Assembly: GCA_011109175.1 (NCBI GenBank)
Contig: RDEW01000111.1
Coordinates: 37,979 to 73,590 of the forward strand
Direction of reading: 5' to 3'
DNA: 35,612 bases
Source of the DNA: Dicyema japonicum
Lineage: Eukaryota > Animalia > Dicyemida
Shown here: positions 33,000 through 35,612 of the stretch, piece by piece
Numbering within the stretch: the stretch's first letter is position 1
How the letters are laid out: each line of letters opens with the position of its first letter
Position numbers and translations under genes: made by a program
Notes under the pieces: generated by a model
What the model saw: the letters and a program-made list of their open reading frames with translations, nothing else
The model's database searches: none
Told to the model about the DNA's origin: nothing

Positions 33000-33850
33000 C
33001 TAAGATCAACGATAAAGNATATCCGGCAACCTCAAGTCCACAAAAATAACCTTGTTGATTGCGGCTTGTCTAGGACTCCTTCCAGCACTCCTCTGGCAAA
33101 AGAAAGCGTGAAGACCAATCACGTCGACCATTCTTTCACATCTACACAGATGAATTGTGCAAACATCCATTCCGAGTCGGACTGAACCCCTATACTCGTC
33201 GCGTCGTAATCCAATAGTGTCCCAAGTGAGGTACAATCTCATTCGTTGATTCAGAAGCCAGACAAGCAAAACGATGCTGATTAGACACAGGTTTTATTTC
33301 TTCTATGATCGTTGAGCACAAAAGCTTGTCTCATTCTTGTTGTTTATTAGCGATCTTTGGGGTCAGAAATCCTGAGCCATGCACACAACTGGTTCAGCGT
33401 CCGATCCGTAAATGTAGTGTAGGATCTGGAGTGCGAGACCACTGGAAGCATATGTCGAAAAAAGGAAGACCGGAAGGGCGAGTTCTAGTGGCGAGCGTAT
33501 TCAGACTACTGCGTAGCAAAGAGGTAGTTTGCATTGGATCCAAACAGTTTTATCAAAGGAAATGTTGATCGATTCTTCAACGGCACGTCTTAGCATCTCG
33601 TCGATGGCTCTTAAAAAGTAGATGTCCGTGACACATTAGGCTTTCCGTAAAAGAAAACGGGGTTTTGGCGTGAAATGAAATTTCCTGAGGAATAACAAAG
33701 CCATGTGAAAGTCCTGGGTTTGTAAATTTAATGTGAATTGTTGGAGTGATTCATTTTTTCTTCTAAGAAAGCTGACACATTATTGCACAAGATAAATTGC
33801 ATGGAGATTGGATTTGGTTGGTACGAGCAGACGTTTAACCTTGGGTTTCT
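33000..33850 (-). mobile_element. CRE-clade retrotransposon fragment (post-RT region and CCHC finger)
   Basis: HMALLFLRKFHFTPK..FLLR...WIQCKLPL...IRSPLELALPVFL and RLGMDVCTIHLCRCERMVDVIGLHAFFCQRSAGRSPRQAAIN. Confidence 0.88.
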
Positions 33851-33879
33851 TTTTTTGGATTAAGCAAAGAATAAGTTTA

Positions 33880-34240
33880 TTCCAATGACCAATGGTTAAA
33901 CCGAATAACTGATACCTTGATTATGTAACGTTCCAGCAGAATCTTCACCCAAGAACATGTTTGACGGAAAGAGCCAGCAAGAATAATGAATTTTTTGAAC
34001 TTTAGCAAAGTAAAAACTTGTTGCCATACATTTTTATAGAAACAGACTAAAAATGTAATCGGTGGAATCTGAAGAGACACTAATAAATCGTCTTGTCAGA
34101 AGGATACTGAGATCACAGAATGCGTTCATCGACTCACGTAAATATGACATCGTCTCCATTTTTTTGCATACATGAGTGAAATGATTGAATCGGGAGATTC
34201 TATACATGAAATTTCTGAAACTATAAAAAGTCATCAAATC
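33880..34240 (-). pseudogene. Class A (rhodopsin-like, peptide-receptor-like) GPCR fragment, TM2-TM3
   Basis: SYLRESMNAFCDLSILL is TM2-like and QTCSWVKILLERYI is TM3 ERY-like; the two are separated by a frameshift. Confidence 0.45.
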
Positions 34241-35129
34241 CAACTCAAATCCCTAGTGTGTCAATATAACTATGGAGGGACTCGACTGAGTATCATAGCC
34301 TCCAGAAAGCAAAGGGATTGTTAGATTGATATTTTTAAACAGTTAAAGGTTATCTCTCAGTAGAGCTTTGTCCAAGTTGCATGCGAAGATTGGAGACTAC
34401 TGGTTCGATAAGACGAAAGTCTTGGTCCCTCTTCAATAATCTCGTAAACCTCTCGCTCTCACGTGCACAAATCCTAGTGGAACCTCTATTTGATTTAAAT
34501 TAAATTATTGACTGTTTAATTATGTAATCTAACGTAAAGTTGCACAACATTTAATATAAAGCTGATGCTCCAATGATCGATTGCCTATCAATAAACTTAT
34601 TTTTTTTACTATTTCAAAAATTTCAAACGGAAACAGAGAATCAGTATGAGGACTGTTTTCAGACATAGTCATAAGTAAATAAACAATTTCAAAACTACTC
34701 ACAGTACTTTCATTATAACAGACATTTTCTACATTTTCATAACCAGCCTAAAACATAACCAGCCTCCTCAATGCCACAATTCATGATTTAACATTAAAAA
34801 GACAGCATGTTTTTTTAAGATGACTATCGACATATTTTTTAATGAAAATTGATGTATCAAAATGTGTAGAACTTCTCACTCGTACATTCATCGTCTAGAG
34901 AAGCCATAGTGACACATTACGTTATATTTCGATAATATTAATTACACAATGTTCTACGACAAAGTTTTTCTTTAATAGCCGTTAATTCACCCATTTTTCC
35001 AATCATGAGAATTAAAATATTGTTGTATATTTACATTATTATTATAACAATCGTAGTGATTTGTAGAAATTCTTGTCATGGTAAAATATGAGTAATTGTT
35101 GAATAGTATTCTATCAACAAAATAGGTTG

Positions 35130-35612
35130 AACACTCTGGACAGTTTTTCATGGAATATTCTGGATAACACTCAATTTTGAGATTAACTATGTTTTATTTG
35201 ATTCATCAACAATCCTAATGGCAGACTGATGTACTTGCAACCCACGTGTGTCACTGTTAGTAATATGATTTAAATGCAGATTTTGGCCCATCATGGAGTC
35301 AAATGGTTAATCGCAGCTACTAATAGCTATCAAATCACCCAGTCGAGCGTCGGGAAGGCAAATTGTTTATAAACATTCGTAAGGGAATACGTTTTAGTGA
35401 AGTCTTTGGGTAAAATAGGCCGGCAGTATTTTCCAATCACTTTCAACCGGCAATGAAAAACACCGGGAGATACTTCAGTATGAGAGTACTAATTTAGAAT
35501 TCAATTTATTTTTCTCTAACAAGAATTTTACTGAATCTCAACTTCTGATTTCCAGACGTCCATTAATGCAAGAAATTGTTTAATAACTGCATTTAATATT
35601 AAATATCCTCAA
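35130..35612 (-). pseudogene. Possible decayed cadherin-repeat fragment
   Basis: LRFSKILVREK (LDRE-like), RLKVIG..CRPIL and GQNLHLNHITNSDTRGLQV lie in cadherin order; many lesions. Confidence 0.33.

Noticed and set aside
33120-33220. Plus-strand KHPFRVGLNPYTRRVVI resembling an aromatic amino-acid hydroxylase C-terminus
   Set aside because: The opposite strand gives a much longer, coherent CRE retrotransposon match (CCHC finger) over the same bases.

Overview
This is AT-rich eukaryotic, most likely animal, nuclear DNA with extremely short spliceosomal introns (about 22-29 nt, almost all GT-AG). The tiny introns explain why the ORF track shows only fragments. Such intron sizes suggest a genome-compacted invertebrate parasite such as a dicyemid; this is an inference, not verified. 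I found no intact host gene. The window is a dense mosaic of 0.1-2 kb pieces of three kinds. (i) Decayed, intron-retaining host-gene fragments: GLDC, striatin, three copies of an LRR + calcium-binding-EGF gene family, and weaker trypsin-, iGluR-, GPCR- and cadherin-like pieces. (ii) Non-LTR retrotransposon fragments: CRE, RTE, CR1/L2-like and I/Jockey-like. (iii) DNA transposon remnants: Tigger/pogo, hAT and Ginger. The best-preserved unit is a 1.93-kb Ginger-type integrase transposon (21695-23621) with TGT...ACA TIRs and a CDS split by at least 6 micro-introns. Other notable items are a 326-bp structured retro-insertion with a 14-bp TSD and an HDV-ribozyme-like pairing order, and an LRR-EGF family whose upstream DNA is better conserved than its exons. 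All translations and alignments were done by eye, so family calls need HMM/BLAST confirmation.
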